Below are positions 13,851 to 26,200 of a stretch of DNA of 64,000 nt, in pieces. Under the pieces are notes generated by a model. That model ran no database searches. It was given only the letters and a program-made list of their open reading frames with translations, and was not told the DNA's origin. Origin of the DNA: Oculina patagonica (Eukaryota); the NCBI RefSeq assembly GCF_052425735.1, contig NC_135763.1:10788001-10852000 (forward strand). Reading direction: 5' to 3'. The position numbers and the translations under genes were made by a program. Within the stretch, counting starts at the first letter, position 1. The number at the start of each line of letters is the position of its first letter.

Positions 13851-14348
13851 CCTTATTCTTACTCATTTTCGTGAGTACTAATTTTCGCGATTTTCGCCGA
13901 AATTTCAAAGTAATTGCGAAATTTAATACGCGCGAAAAATGTATTGCGCGAAATTTAAACACGCGAAAATTAATACCATATTATTATCGAAACCATAAAA
14001 AGTTTAAATGTTTGGAACTGCAACTCTCAACCTTAAAAAAGACTTTTCCGTCTTGTTTCAACTAGCCGGCACCGTTCCTCTGATTACTGTTTTCTTCAGC
14101 TTGTATCTTGGCCAAAACGTCTTTAGTACAGTCACCAAAGTTTTCGTTTGCAGGCTCCTTTTAGTTACATTGAGCCAGATATTTGTATATATCCAGTAGT
14201 TTCTTAGTCTTTGACGACTGCTCCATAAAACACTGAGAAAATCGCGAAATTTAATACATTTTTGCCTTATGTTTTCTTGCAATCGCGAAAATTAATACTC
14301 GCGAAATTTCGCGAAATTAAGTACGCGCGAAAATTAGTAAGAATAAAG
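13851..14348. mobile_element. MITE with TA target duplication (Tc1/mariner-like)
   Basis: TA|CCTTATTCTTACT...AGTAAGAATAAAG|TA, with sub-terminal TTTCGCGA/TCGCGAAA repeats; ends ~300 bp upstream of the PON-B ATG. Confidence 0.8.
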
Positions 14349-14642
14349 TACGTAAAATTTACACTTCCAAAAAGTACAGCACTTTCCGGAACAAAGCAAG
14401 GCCGATTTGTACAAAACTTGTCATAAATTTTCCTATTGTGAAACTCTTCTGGGCACGAAATAAAAGATTGTTGTGTTGTTGTTGAAATAACAATTCCATA
14501 AATTCTTGCCGTGTGCGTAATTCTGTTGTTAATTAATGAGATGCAAACCAGCATGAGTTGTTTTTCCGCAATCCCACCCATAAGCTCTTTTGTTCCCGGC
14601 ATATTGCTATTCTGCAGATTGGAATCAATCCACATTGTACTC

Positions 14643-17600
14643 ATGGGTCGACTAGCTGTATTTGCGGCGTTTTTTCTCGTCACCGTACTGGCATCGCATG
14701 TCCTTAAAACGCTGTAAGTCAAGTGCTGTTATAAATACAAAAAACGCGTTCTGAGTTGTAATAATGATGCTGCGACTAACCGGATGCGTATTGTTAGATT
14801 TTGATTCCTTTCATTTTTCAGAATTTTGGTCGGGTTTTTCACTCATGTCGTGGATCACGCTCCCGGACCATGCAAAATAATAAAAGGTAAGTTAGTTACC
14901 GGTATTAGTATCAATTAGACAGTACGTTTTAATTCAAAATCTGGCTTTACGTGTCCTTCATCAGAACCTCAAGGGATTGGGCTTGGTCACAGTTGATTGC
15001 TTACATCTGCATACACGATCGGGAAAGTGGGGGGTGGGGGGGGGGGGGGGTGGGGGTGCGTGTTGATTGTCTACATTTAAAAATGTCACGTGTCGCTGTT
15101 TAAGCTTACCGTCATAAGCTTATAACCAATTTAAGTCTACAGTCTTCATTTTTCATTTCTTACCAAATAACAACTGAATTTCTAACATCCCGTGTCTTGT
15201 TACTATCTTTCAGTGAATGGTTCCGAGGATTTCGCTCTCCTTCCTGGTGGACTGGTTTTTGTGTCGTCGGTAAGTGTTTCATTCCATAAAGAAAAATAAT
15301 GAAGGTAGTTTGCATCAGTAGAAACCTAGAGCTATGCGTAAGCGTAATAGTCTAGTTTTGCTGAAAATCATTAAACTGGTGTACTGAGTTTAGTAGAGTT
15401 GTTATAAATTTGGATCACAAATTAAAATCGTCGGGCAGACTTTTTCAAACTCAGCTCTCGTATCGTCACAAAGGACGCAAACAATTCACTGAACCAAACA
15501 ATCAAAACTCAAAGTAGATACACGTAGCCGGCACGTAGCGCGGGAAAATATGCACGAACGAGTCACGACTGGATTTGGTTTTACTTCTGATTGGCTGAGA
15601 AAGTGGTACGAGCTTTTTCACACAATCACTAAGCCTAATGATGCAAAGCCAAAGCAAATGCGACTTACTTTCGTCACGACATCCAAATGAAAACCTCTCT
15701 ATTTACTGTGGGGTTTCCCTTTTGGTTATCAAACAGGGGCTTCGCTACAAGATTGGCATGTGGTACGACCCAGTGCTTGACACACGAGACAGTAAAGTGA
15801 TGACATTCGACTTGAACAAGCCCAGTCAAGATCCAGTTGAATTATCACTGAAGAACTTTAATCGCACGGGATTCAACCCGCACGGGATCAGTGTTTATCG
15901 GGATCCATCCTCGGGTACGGTGTCGCTGTTTGTGGTGAATCACCGACCAGACGCTCAAGCCATTGAAATATTCGACTTCGAGCGAGACACTCATTCATTA
16001 ATTCATCGCCGCTCCGTGGTCGACGAGTTGATTTGGAGTCCAAATGACTTACACGCAGTAGGTAAGTAAGGCAAAGTAAAAAAAAATATGTTTCATGTCC
16101 CCGCCCGCCTCATTTTTGGGGGCCGCTTCTCTTTTTTTTTTAATAATTGTTATTGGGAAAGTTGGAGCAACAAAACCAACAGGCGTTACTCCTCAATTAA
16201 GTACAGATAAAATTTTGTAAGATATGGCTTTTGTCTGCGTTTTGATACGAAATCAGAGCAAAATTTTTAAGGCCTCGGCGCACTAGGTCCGTACTGGATA
16301 GGTCAGGATTGATTTTGCAAGTTCGCTTCTGGAAAACTTGAAGATGGAGGAAATAACAAATAACAAAAAAAAGCACCCGTTCACACTCTTTTTTACAAAA
16401 ATTTGGACAAGAAACATTTTTTTCTTTTACTTGGCCTAACAATGCATTTTTGATACTCCTTTGACTTCAACTGACCGACCTACTCAACCATCTACTTTAC
16501 CACAGCTTCACCCAGGCTAACCCGTCCACCATCCTCCCATATATGAACATATCAGTTCATTTAACAATTTTGACGCAGACTCGTTCCCAGTCGCTCCCTT
16601 GGCGGTTTTGACTAGAACGCATTGCATCAAGGGAAGGCCGAACGAAAATCGGGTAGCAGTGAATTTGTTTAGCTTTGTCGTAAAATTGAATTGTCAATTA
16701 TGTATTTAGAACTAAACTTATTCTTCCACTTGGAATATCGTGGCTGCGCGCAATGGCTCAATAGTTGAATTCTTAATAAAATTTGATAGTTTCTAATTTA
16801 TTAATTTATGACCAAAACTACCAATATATCTTGATTTAATATTGATAGACCTACTGGACTATGTTCAGGCAATCCCCCCCCCCCCCCCCCCCCTCTCCCC
16901 CGGCTGGACTCCATATTTTGTAAAAATACATGATATCACTTTTTAGTGATCCAAATTATTATTATTATTGTTTTCTTTTCCTCGCAGGTCCTAACAGTTT
17001 CTACGTCACAAACGACAAATACTTTCACTTTGACAGCACCTTTCTGAACTTTCTTTACCTTTTTATTCTGCACAACTGGCTCTATACAAACATTGTGTTT
17101 TATGACGGATCTAAGGCCATTGAAGCGACAGGAAGAGTTCATCCTAATGGTATTACCATGGATAAAGACGAAAGGTTGGAGTTCCTCGATTATATAGCGA
17201 TAACCAAATTTGTGACCAGTTGGATGTCGTATGTAGTTTAATTCTGCCTTTAGCTAAAACTCTGAAGCTATAAGATAAAGAGTTACCAAGGTCGACGTGC
17301 TGGGAGGTAGCCAAAGCAGTGGCACAGAACAGGCAGTGTTGGACAGAAAACGTGACGGCCTTATGCGCCTACTGGCGCGACGAGAATTGACGATGATGAA
17401 GGTCGACGTGCAAACGGAAGAAAGTTTATGCCGTCGCGTCGGTAGCTAGTAATAAGCGTGTTAGGCCGTGTTCATACTAAGTGCACGAGCACTGGTACCT
17501 GAGCGCCAGCAGAAAATAGCGTCGTGTTCACACAAAGAAAACCAAAGTACCAAAGTACCATTAAGTGCCCGAGTACAAGGTCCGCGACTTTGTACCGTAC

Positions 17601-19402
17601 CCGAACTATGGCGTGGGCACTTGAAAAAATAATATGTTCACATTAGTGCCCAGCGAGAATCGTGCTCGGGCATTGTGCCCAAGCACCAAGTGTGAATACA
17701 ACGTAAGTCTATTTCAGGTTACTCACATTCCTGATTTCTCGTTTTGCTGCCTCACAGGTTTGTTTTTGCGTCCAATGGTCTTGGTCTTGGTGTCTCAGTC
17801 TTCAGACGTGTTAAGGACAACACGTTAGAGGTGTCACAGGTTGTTAAGTCTAAACCTTTAAGTAACTATTTCATTAGGAACTACAATGTACATGGCTACA
17901 ACACTCGAAGGAAGGCTGACCTCCATCTACCTAAACCCAAGCTTAGCCTTGGCAAGCGTACTTTTAGATTTTCTGGCACAGCCCTTTTTAATTCACTACC
18001 TTTAAAAATCCAACAAGCTGTATCACTCTCCTCTTTTAAAAATCTTGTCAAAGCCCACTTTATTCATAGCCCTTATTTACGATATTTAATTCGTAATTCG
18101 TTTTAGTTTTTAAAATCTTTTTATATAACTATTTCAATTACTAAACATAAGCTTTTAACTCTATTTTTATAACTATTTTAAACAATTAGATATTTTATAT
18201 TTTTAGAAATTGTATTTAGCAGGGCCCCTCCGGAGACCAGCCACTGTGCTGAATGGGCCACCTTGCATAAAAAAAGTTTTTCCTTACCTTACCTAACCTT
18301 ATATCAGTGTGCAATACTGTTCTTAACAGTTTATTAATCTGTCAGTCCTGCCTCCCGGGGTGGGTGGGTGTACTCGCTAAACTGGACTAAACAAAACATT
18401 CCGGCCTCCCGAAAGTGGTACCTTTTTCAATCAGTGTAGGCATATAAATCGGAGAACGGAAACCAGTTATAGGTATTTAAAAAAGCCTCTGAAAACATCA
18501 CATGTAACGCCACCGAAGTATTTTGAGGGGTTTGTAAAACTGAAAAGTTTAAAGAAAAAAGTTTTAGTATCCCTTTTGTAGTCACGTGAAAGGGGGACCA
18601 TATTCTATCAAAGGTACATGAAAGCGTACAACCTTAATTTTCTGTTAAAATAGTAAATAAAAGGGTAAAAGTCTGGCCCTCCGGGAGGAGCTTCTCGTGT
18701 AAAATCCCCCCAATTTCTCTATCGTGGGGTTGCGACGCAAAACTAACTTATGGCGTTGAGGTTGTCAGGGAAAAGCCAGGTTGCTAGCTCAGGGTGGATC
18801 CAACGCCGTGATGTATAATTCTAGTTTAACAATAATTCCTCGCATTTTCTCGTTCATTAGATTGCGTTAGAAAGAAGGTACTTACGTTATGCTTACCTTT
18901 AGACCATAGGGAGAGAGAGCCATTTTTCTCCCCAAGCTTAAGGTGTGTTTAGTTCAGCTCCATCGTTTGAGCCACATGAAGCTCCCAGAAGACCATGGTC
19001 TTCACGATGGCTCGTTCAGTAAGCATAGTAACTTGCTTACCAAACTGATCTAACTAAGTTTTTTTCTTGTGTAAACAGGTGATTAAAGTTGGTTCTTTAG
19101 TTGACAACATCAATGCCGACCCTGTGACGGGAAATCTTTGGATAGCAGGAATCCCTAGAGCCTTGGATATAACCGCTCACTCACAAGATCTCAGTCATCT
19201 TAGTCCCTCTCAAGTCCTCACGGTGCAGCTGGGAAAGCCGTCTACATCCGGCATAGCTTTCCCTGATTACAAGGTTCGCGAGGTGCACAAGAACGATGGG
19301 CGGGAACTAACGGGTGCCACGTCTGCGATTGTTTATAAGGATCGCCTGCTTATTGGCTCTGCATTCAGTAACATGCTGTATTGTGAGGTGCAGTTCTACT
19401 GA
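14643..19402 (+). CDS. PON: Paraoxonase/arylesterase paralogue B, 7 exons, 369 aa
   Basis: Exons 14643-14713, 14822-14886, 15214-15269, 15737-16061, 16988-17174, 17758-17839, 19079-19402; same exon lengths as paralogue A, GT-AG, no stops. Confidence 0.95.
17301..17398 (+). mobile_element. 5'-truncated LINE 3' end (RTE-like, GAT-repeat tail) with 13-bp TSD
   Basis: AAGGTCGACGTGC at 17288-17300 and 17399-17411; the empty site is visible in PON-A (caaggtcgtgcaaatgg, ~9711). Confidence 0.8.
17464..17704. mobile_element. Small MITE (Harbinger-like termini GGCCGTGTTCA...TGTGAATAC)
   Basis: Imperfect terminal inverted repeats with internal AAGTGCCCGAG-type repeats. Confidence 0.55.
17855..18300 (+). 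mobile_element. CR1/L2-type LINE 3' fragment in PON-B intron 6
   Basis: Translates HGYNTRRKADLHLPKPKLSLGKRTFRFSGTALFNSLP..SFK (typical LINE ORF2 C-terminus), then an AT-rich 3' UTR and a CCTTA-repeat tail. Confidence 0.85.
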
Positions 19403-19935
19403 TCCACTGCAAACTTACTGCCAAACAAACAACGACTTATGTAATAACTATACTGTATTGTAACCAATTGTGTGAGGTACTTGAATCACTCATTAGTATA
19501 GCTACAAGCAATTTCCGTGAATGATCCTGGTATTATATGGTTTCAATGTTCAGTAACAAGAAAAGATTGGCTAAGAGAGTCCATCCTGAGCTATTTTTAA
19601 GATTTAAAAATCAATCCCCTTGTCATCGTCAGTGAGGCTTCGCAGTTTCTTGAACACGTCTTGCGAGGCCGACTATTTAGCCCTCTAGATCTACAAAAAA
19701 GTTCTATTGGCTTGTCACGTTATCTTTCAAAAATGATTGCGTGACGAGCCAAAAAAATGTCTGCGTAGAAGGCGAGCTCCACAAGGACCGACTATTTCTT
19801 GTCACGTTCATTGTGGACAGATGCACATAAAAAGGACGAAGAATTGAAAAATGGTGAAAACTAAAGCAGAAAAAAAAATTATTTAAAAATGTATTTGTAA
19901 AAATACTTCACCTGGCTTCTCATTGTATAATCAAG

Positions 19936-20028
19936 AGCCGTCTCTTTTAGGTCACCCTCTTGTCTGTTCTGTCGGCACACAGTGTGTGCTGACAGAACAG
20001 ACAAGAGGGTGACCTAAAAGAGACGGCT
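19936..20028. repeat. Near-perfect palindrome/hairpin (45-bp arms, 3-nt loop)
   Basis: AGCCGTCTCTTTTAGGTCACCCTCTTGTCTGTTCTGTCGGCACAC-agt-GTGTGCTGACAGAACAGACAAGAGGGTGACCTAAAAGAGACGGCT; one G-T mismatch. Confidence 0.95.
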
Positions 20029-20169
20029 TAGGGCGCTTTCCATTTGTCAGAACTGGCCGGCCTGACCGGTATATTCGAGAACGGAATTCCGTTGTTAGTC
20101 AGATTCGTCCTGTCAAATCAGTCAAGACAGGTATAATATACATTGTTGTGGTGGATTTGTGGGAAAATC

Positions 20170-21095
20170 CACAGGGGACCCAAACGCTGTATTAGTTATT
20201 CATAATCTTAAAATAAAAAATGTTCTTATTTACCTGCGTTCCTGTGTCTTTTTCATCGGTTTGGGGAGATTTGAATCAGAGCGAAGGCGGTTTACGTTGC
20301 GAGTCTTAAACGGTAATCACTCAGCAATGTCAATACGACGCGCCTCAAGTTTCAGTTATTATTAACTCTAGTTACTAACACCATTAACTATTAACTCTCC
20401 TCGCGGGAGAGAAGAGAGAAGGAGAGAGAGAGCTCTCTTCTCTTCTCGTGACCGTTAAATTGAAACACAAAACTCCCCGCGAGGAGAGTTAATAGTTTTA
20501 AAATGGTGTTAGTAACTAGAGTTAATAATAACTGAAACTTGAGGCGCGTCGTATTGGCATTGCGACATACTGATTACCGTTTGATTAGACCACAGGGCAC
20601 AGAGGAGTCAAGTTTGTCCGCAATTCAAAATCTCTACCGTGCAAAACGACCTTCAAAAGCTTTTCAAAGCGATCGTGTAAGCCGTACGCGCTACAACGCC
20701 GTCATGCGATACTTAATGTTTACAGATTTGTCTGGTCTGATGATATCGTATTCGTACCCTCATGCGACATCCGCAGACAGCAATGTTTGTGGGCGTTACA
20801 GAGAGTCAGAATACGATATCACCAGACGATCTGTAAACAAGTATCGCATGACGGGGATGTATCACGTACGCTTTAATACACGATCGCTTTGAAGGTTGTT
20901 TTGCACGGTAGAGATTTTGAAATGCGGACAAACTTGACTCCTCTGTGCCCTGTGATTAGACTCGCAACGTAAACCGCCTTCGCTCTGATTCAAATCTCCC
21001 CAAACCGATGAAAAAAGACACAGGAACGCAGGTAAATAAGAACATTTTTTATTTTAAGATTATGAATAACTAATACAGCGTTTGGGTCCCCTGTG
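20170..21095. mobile_element. Foldback MITE (CACAG...CTGTG termini, 7-bp TSD; P-element-like) nested in the Harbinger element
   Basis: TSD GAAAATC at 20163-20169 and 21096-21102; arms are near-perfect inverted copies over ~240 bp once the inner insert is removed. Confidence 0.9.
20591..20954. mobile_element. Second CACAG...CTGTG MITE nested in the first (7-bp TSD)
   Basis: TSD ATTAGAC at 20584-20590 and 20955-20961; TIR CACAGGGCACAGAGGAGTCAAGTTTGTCCGCA. Confidence 0.9.
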
Positions 21096-23293
21096 GAAAA
21101 TCTCGTGCAAAAGGTCCATTTCACATTCAAAACCACTGGACCGGCTGGCCAGTTCTGACTAATGGAAAGCGCCCTTATTTTGTTGCACTCACTTGTGAGA
21201 TCTTGTGATTAGTCGACCCGTTCTGACCTATTGATTCGCGCGCTAATGTCTTACTGATGTCTGTTATCCTTTTTACGATTTCATAAATTGTGTATTTTGT
21301 TAAGGAAATAAACTCTTGAACGGCATGCGTGACAGCATTTTTATTGTGTTTTGGTGTTTTGTTTTAAGGCTGCATTGTCGGTCCGATGTTGACCGTTTAT
21401 TTTGTTACCTCAATATGTTTCTTTAGACTACTTGTCTTCGCAAATGTGCGGTTTTGTATAGGTAATTAGATGATTTTGAGTGCAAGTACGAGAAAAACTT
21501 GTGATGACTTATTAATGATATTCATGAAAAAAATTGCGAGAAAGCAACAAGTGCAAAACTCATACAAAAATTATTTTTTCAAACTCGGCAAATATCATCG
21601 CGTGCTCAGTCAAAACAAGGTCAAAACCCAAACAACAGGTTTCTCAATGTTTTAAAAGTTTTTTAAGCCGAAAAACTGACTAAACAGAGAAAAAAACTGA
21701 GTTTCTCGAATTTCGTCTGCTTCTAATACTTGTCGAGGTTTGCTTGGGCGCTTTCAACGTCCAGCCAAGTGAAGCTGTTTCGCTTTCCCTTCAACACTTC
21801 GTCGGACGAAACAATTCTCTGTCTAGTGCTTATAGGTTCTGTTCTCTAATGCACCTACAAATGTTAAGCTCGAGGGTGGGTGGGGGTTGGGGTCGGGTCT
21901 CGATCGGGTCGGCCCAACCACGGGAATTTTATCACGATGTCTGTCCCCAGGGTAGAGTTTTTGAACGTACGCGATGCTCCCAGGGTGAGGATTTTGATCA
22001 TACGTGATGTCCGCGTCCCAAGGGCAGGGATTTTTATCGTTTGTGACTCACACAGTGAGGGAAATTTGACATGGTCACCATCTTGAGTTTCTGCCATTTT
22101 GGAAAATACCCAGAAGGCATTTGGATGAGCTTCACGTGTTCGAGCAATGGCTGAACGAAAGGTGAGTGATACATGTTATCTATCTTTGAAGCTTTAGAAC
22201 ACATAGTGTTTTTATGTTGCATTTAATTTTGAAGGAAATACTCGCACAGAACCCGCTCATTCATTAAAAATGTTCTTCCGATCCTACTTGGCATGATTTC
22301 ACAGGATGCTCTGCCACGAGTTTGTGTCAGACATAGCGAAAGATTTGTGTTTTTTTGATGTAGGACTTTCTTGTTAACAATCGTGCAGCATAAGCTGAAA
22401 AACCAAGGATTGGCTAAAAAGCAAGTTTTCTTACCCGGAAAGATGCTAAAAAAAGAAGTAAACCACTTTTAGCTGTTATGTAAAAATGTTTATTGATTCA
22501 GTCTTAGTTTGATTATTACACTCCTCTTGTGTGCAACAAGGTTTGAAGGACATTTGACCACCTTCTCTTGCTCCCGGGTGGAAATTTTGACCAATTATTT
22601 TGTCCTGGGGTTGGAGAATTTCCTTTTTTATTTAAGAAAATTTCAAAATCCCAACCCCGTCATCCGTCTCTGGTATAAATCGAGCCAATCTTTTCTTGTT
22701 GCTGAACATTAAAACCCCCTTACAAATAATTATAACACCAGGATCATTTACGGAAACTGCTTGCAGGTCTCAATGGAGTTAACCGCTAGCCGTAATATGA
22801 CCAACAATTTAGCCGTTAGGCGTAAAAATTGAAACAAGTTTAACCGTTGGCCGTAAAATATGTTATAAACCGTAACGACCAAGCCAAGAAGTTTGGAAAA
22901 GAGTCAGTTGACCAGAAACTTACCGCTTCGTGGAATTAAGCGGCAAAATTATCTAAAATAAAACAAACTAGATTACATGTACTTTTTCATCCGGGAGTGG
23001 TTCTAAGACCTTAAAATACGTTTTACGACAATGAAAATTAACTTTTAACTTTTTGCAACAATGGAAATGGTCTTCATCAGCAAAGTGACTAAACAACATG
23101 TCACCATGTGACAACGTGGACCTCACTTCGGTGATAAAGACATTGCGATACGGTCGAAAGATTTGTTTCTAACTTTGTTGAGACATTTCAACAAGAATTT
23201 ATTTCAAGTTGAATCATTTACGAGGACGAATGAACAACGTCACTATAGGTATTACATAACTCGTTGTTTGTTTGGCAGTAATTTCGCAGTGGA

Positions 23294-26200
23294 TCAGTAG
23301 AACTTCACCTCACAATACAGCATGTTGCTGAATACAGAGCCAATAAGCAGACGATCCTTATAAACAATCGCAGACGTGGCACCCGACAGTTCCCGCCCAT
23401 CGTTCTTGTACACCTCGCGAACCTTGTAATCAGGGAAAGCTATCCCGGATGTAAACGACTTTCCCAGCTGCACCGAGAGGACTTGAGAGGGACTGGGATG
23501 ATTAAGATTTTGCGAGTGGGCGGTGTGATCCAAGGCTCTAGTGATTCCCGCTACCCAAAGATTTCCTGTCACAGGATCAACATTAATGTTGTCAACAATA
23601 GAACCAACTTTAATCATCTGTTTAAGAAAGAAAAAACTCAGTCAGTAAGTTTTCGCGCGGCGCTTAATGGTTAGGCGACGACTGGAAACACGAGTGCAAC
23701 AGTCCCAGACCTCCACGCGCACCGCGCCCCAACCAGTAGGCGACGTGACTGGACTGAGTAAAAAACTGACTGGTAAAATAAAATAATCATGATAATAAAA
23801 CAACAATATTGCACACTAAGGTTTAAACAACAATTGCTAAATGAATTCACCTGTGATGCCTCTAACGTGTTGTCCTTACGGCGTCTGTAAACTGCGACAC
23901 TAAGGTCATGCAAAGCGGACGCAAAAACAAACCTATAAGGAATCAAAAAGAAAAATCAGAAATGCGAGTTTACGTGTGCTTGGGATATTATTCCGTTTAG
24001 TACAAATTGTCTATATTTCAAAACCAAGTGCTGTAAATAACAGGCTGTAGAACTGAACTGTTTAATTAAATGCTAAATAATAACCTATAAAATATTAACC
24101 TTACCAGGTGCGAGCGTCTGGATAAAAAGCAACTTAGCGCAAGCCATTTTCGAAAAATTCGTAGCAAATTTAAAAGTTCATTATGCAGTTGACGCGATGA
24201 CCTTATAGGTAGACTTTTGGTTTATGGATCAAGTGGTCTAGATCGAGAGCAAGCCGTGTTGTGTTATTGGCCAAGACATTTTGCTCTCAAAGTGCTTCTT
24301 TCCAGTGAGAGGAATAAATGGGCACGGTCGAACTGATAGGGCTACCTGGCAGAGCTCTGAGGTGGTGGTGGTGGCGGGGGGGGGGGGGGGGGGGGAGTAA
24401 CCTACAATGGACAAGCACCATATCAAAGGCGAGACACACATTCATTAATTCATCGCCGTTCCGTGGTTGACGAGTTAATTTGGAGTCCAAATGACCTACA
24501 CGCGGTGGGTAAGTACTTGAGCAGCAATACTCCTGGCCACTTCTCACTACGGAAACCAGAAGTCACTGACGCGCCGGCACAAACTCTCTTCCGTACTTAC
24601 GACCTTAAGGAACTCTGTCAGGGATTTTAACAGATTTTTGAACAGCCAAAATTTATATTTGTGTCGTAGGAAACCTAAACATAATGGTCCATGTTTTAAA
24701 AAATATGCTATATTAGAGCACTGAAACTGTTTACAAGCAGTTTTGGCTGCGGATGACTTAGGATGAAAATGGATTGCAACTTGAAAAATTAGAGCTGACC
24801 TTTTCAAAGCTGATTTTGCGTGTCATTAAAAATCTATATTTATGGCCGAAGTTTGATTATAATCTTCAGATTAAGGCTGTATCCTCCATTAGATGTTCAA
24901 AGATAATGGTTTTTTATTGGTCAAGTTGCCTACAACTAATTTCGGAACAGTTTAGACCAAAAATTTGCAAAGCTCTCGTGACGTAGCTCCTTTAAAAGTC
25001 TTTATAGCACAGCTAAGGCGCCCCCCCCCCGGGGGGGGGTACTCCCATAAATTTCGAATAGGGGTGTGCCGCCAAGGTTCTTAAACCCTGACCCTATTTA
25101 AGGGTAAAGAAAGCGAAAATTGATACCCTTTTAAAGGCCCAAAACCGAAAAATGACACCCTATTCAAGGGGAGGAGAAGCGTTCCATGACGACCCAAATA
25201 ACGGCTTACCGCGCACGGCAACACACAAATCTCTATCAAATCGCTTTACTAATAACTGAACAGTAAATTCAATTTTAAAATACCTTTTTTGGTTTAGCTG
25301 GGCGTTTATTTTAACTTATAGAATTTAGGTACCCTATCTAAGGATCACACCGGGAACTCATTGCCAAAAGGAGCAAAAATGATACCCTATTTAAGGACCG
25401 AGAACCTCAAAAACCATACCCTATCGGGCGACACATACCTATATAGGCCACATATGGGAGTACCCCCCCCCGGGAGGCGCCCGTTCTGATTAGTTAATTT
25501 AGCGTCTACTATTTGTGAATTCTTCTCTGTTGCATCAGAGTAACCTGCCTGAAGCTATAAGTTACAATCTGTAATGCTACGTACGCTATACAGCACATAC
25601 AAATTGGGGTATTATTGGACTAGTCAAACTGAACGCTTTCGGCCGGTTTTGGGACCCTGTAAATAACTGCATAGCCGACGAACTCCAACCTTTCGTCTTT
25701 ATCCATGGCAATACCATTGGGATGAACTCCTCTTATGGCTTCGATGGCTTTAAATCCGTCGTAAAACACGATGTTAGTATGGAGCCAGTTGTACAGAAAA
25801 AATCTAGAGACAACGTTCAGAAAGGAGCTGTAAAAGTGAAAGTAATTGTCATTTGTGACGTAGAAACTAGCAGGCCCTGCAAGAAAATAGAATAACAGTA
25901 AAAGTGAGTCCGCTATGCGAACATGTGTGGACTTTCATTTGATTAAAAGTTGACATTATGAATTAATCAATGAGTTACTAAATTAATAAATAACCAGACA
26001 TTTGATTCGTTTTAATATGCGAATCAAAAATGCTCAAGCCGCACAGAAAAACAAACACTGCGGAAAGTGAGACAAAAGTGTGAAAAAGAGAAACGTGACC
26101 TACCACCGCAGTTGTTCAGCTCATTAGATATGCAGATTTTAGCCGTCGCGATTGCTATTTCACTTTTCATCTACGCCACCGCTGCCTTTGAAGTTGTTCC

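Larger units (their letters stand above)
20031..21174. mobile_element. PIF/Harbinger-type non-autonomous element hosting two nested insertions
   Basis: TIR GGGCGCTTTCCATT(T)GTCAGAACTGGCC, TTA target duplication at 20028-20030 and 21175-21177. Confidence 0.9.

Noticed and set aside
13531-13962. GYGI-repeat ORFs
   Set aside because: Translation of the (ATCCCGT)n heptamer repeat and the adjacent MITE.
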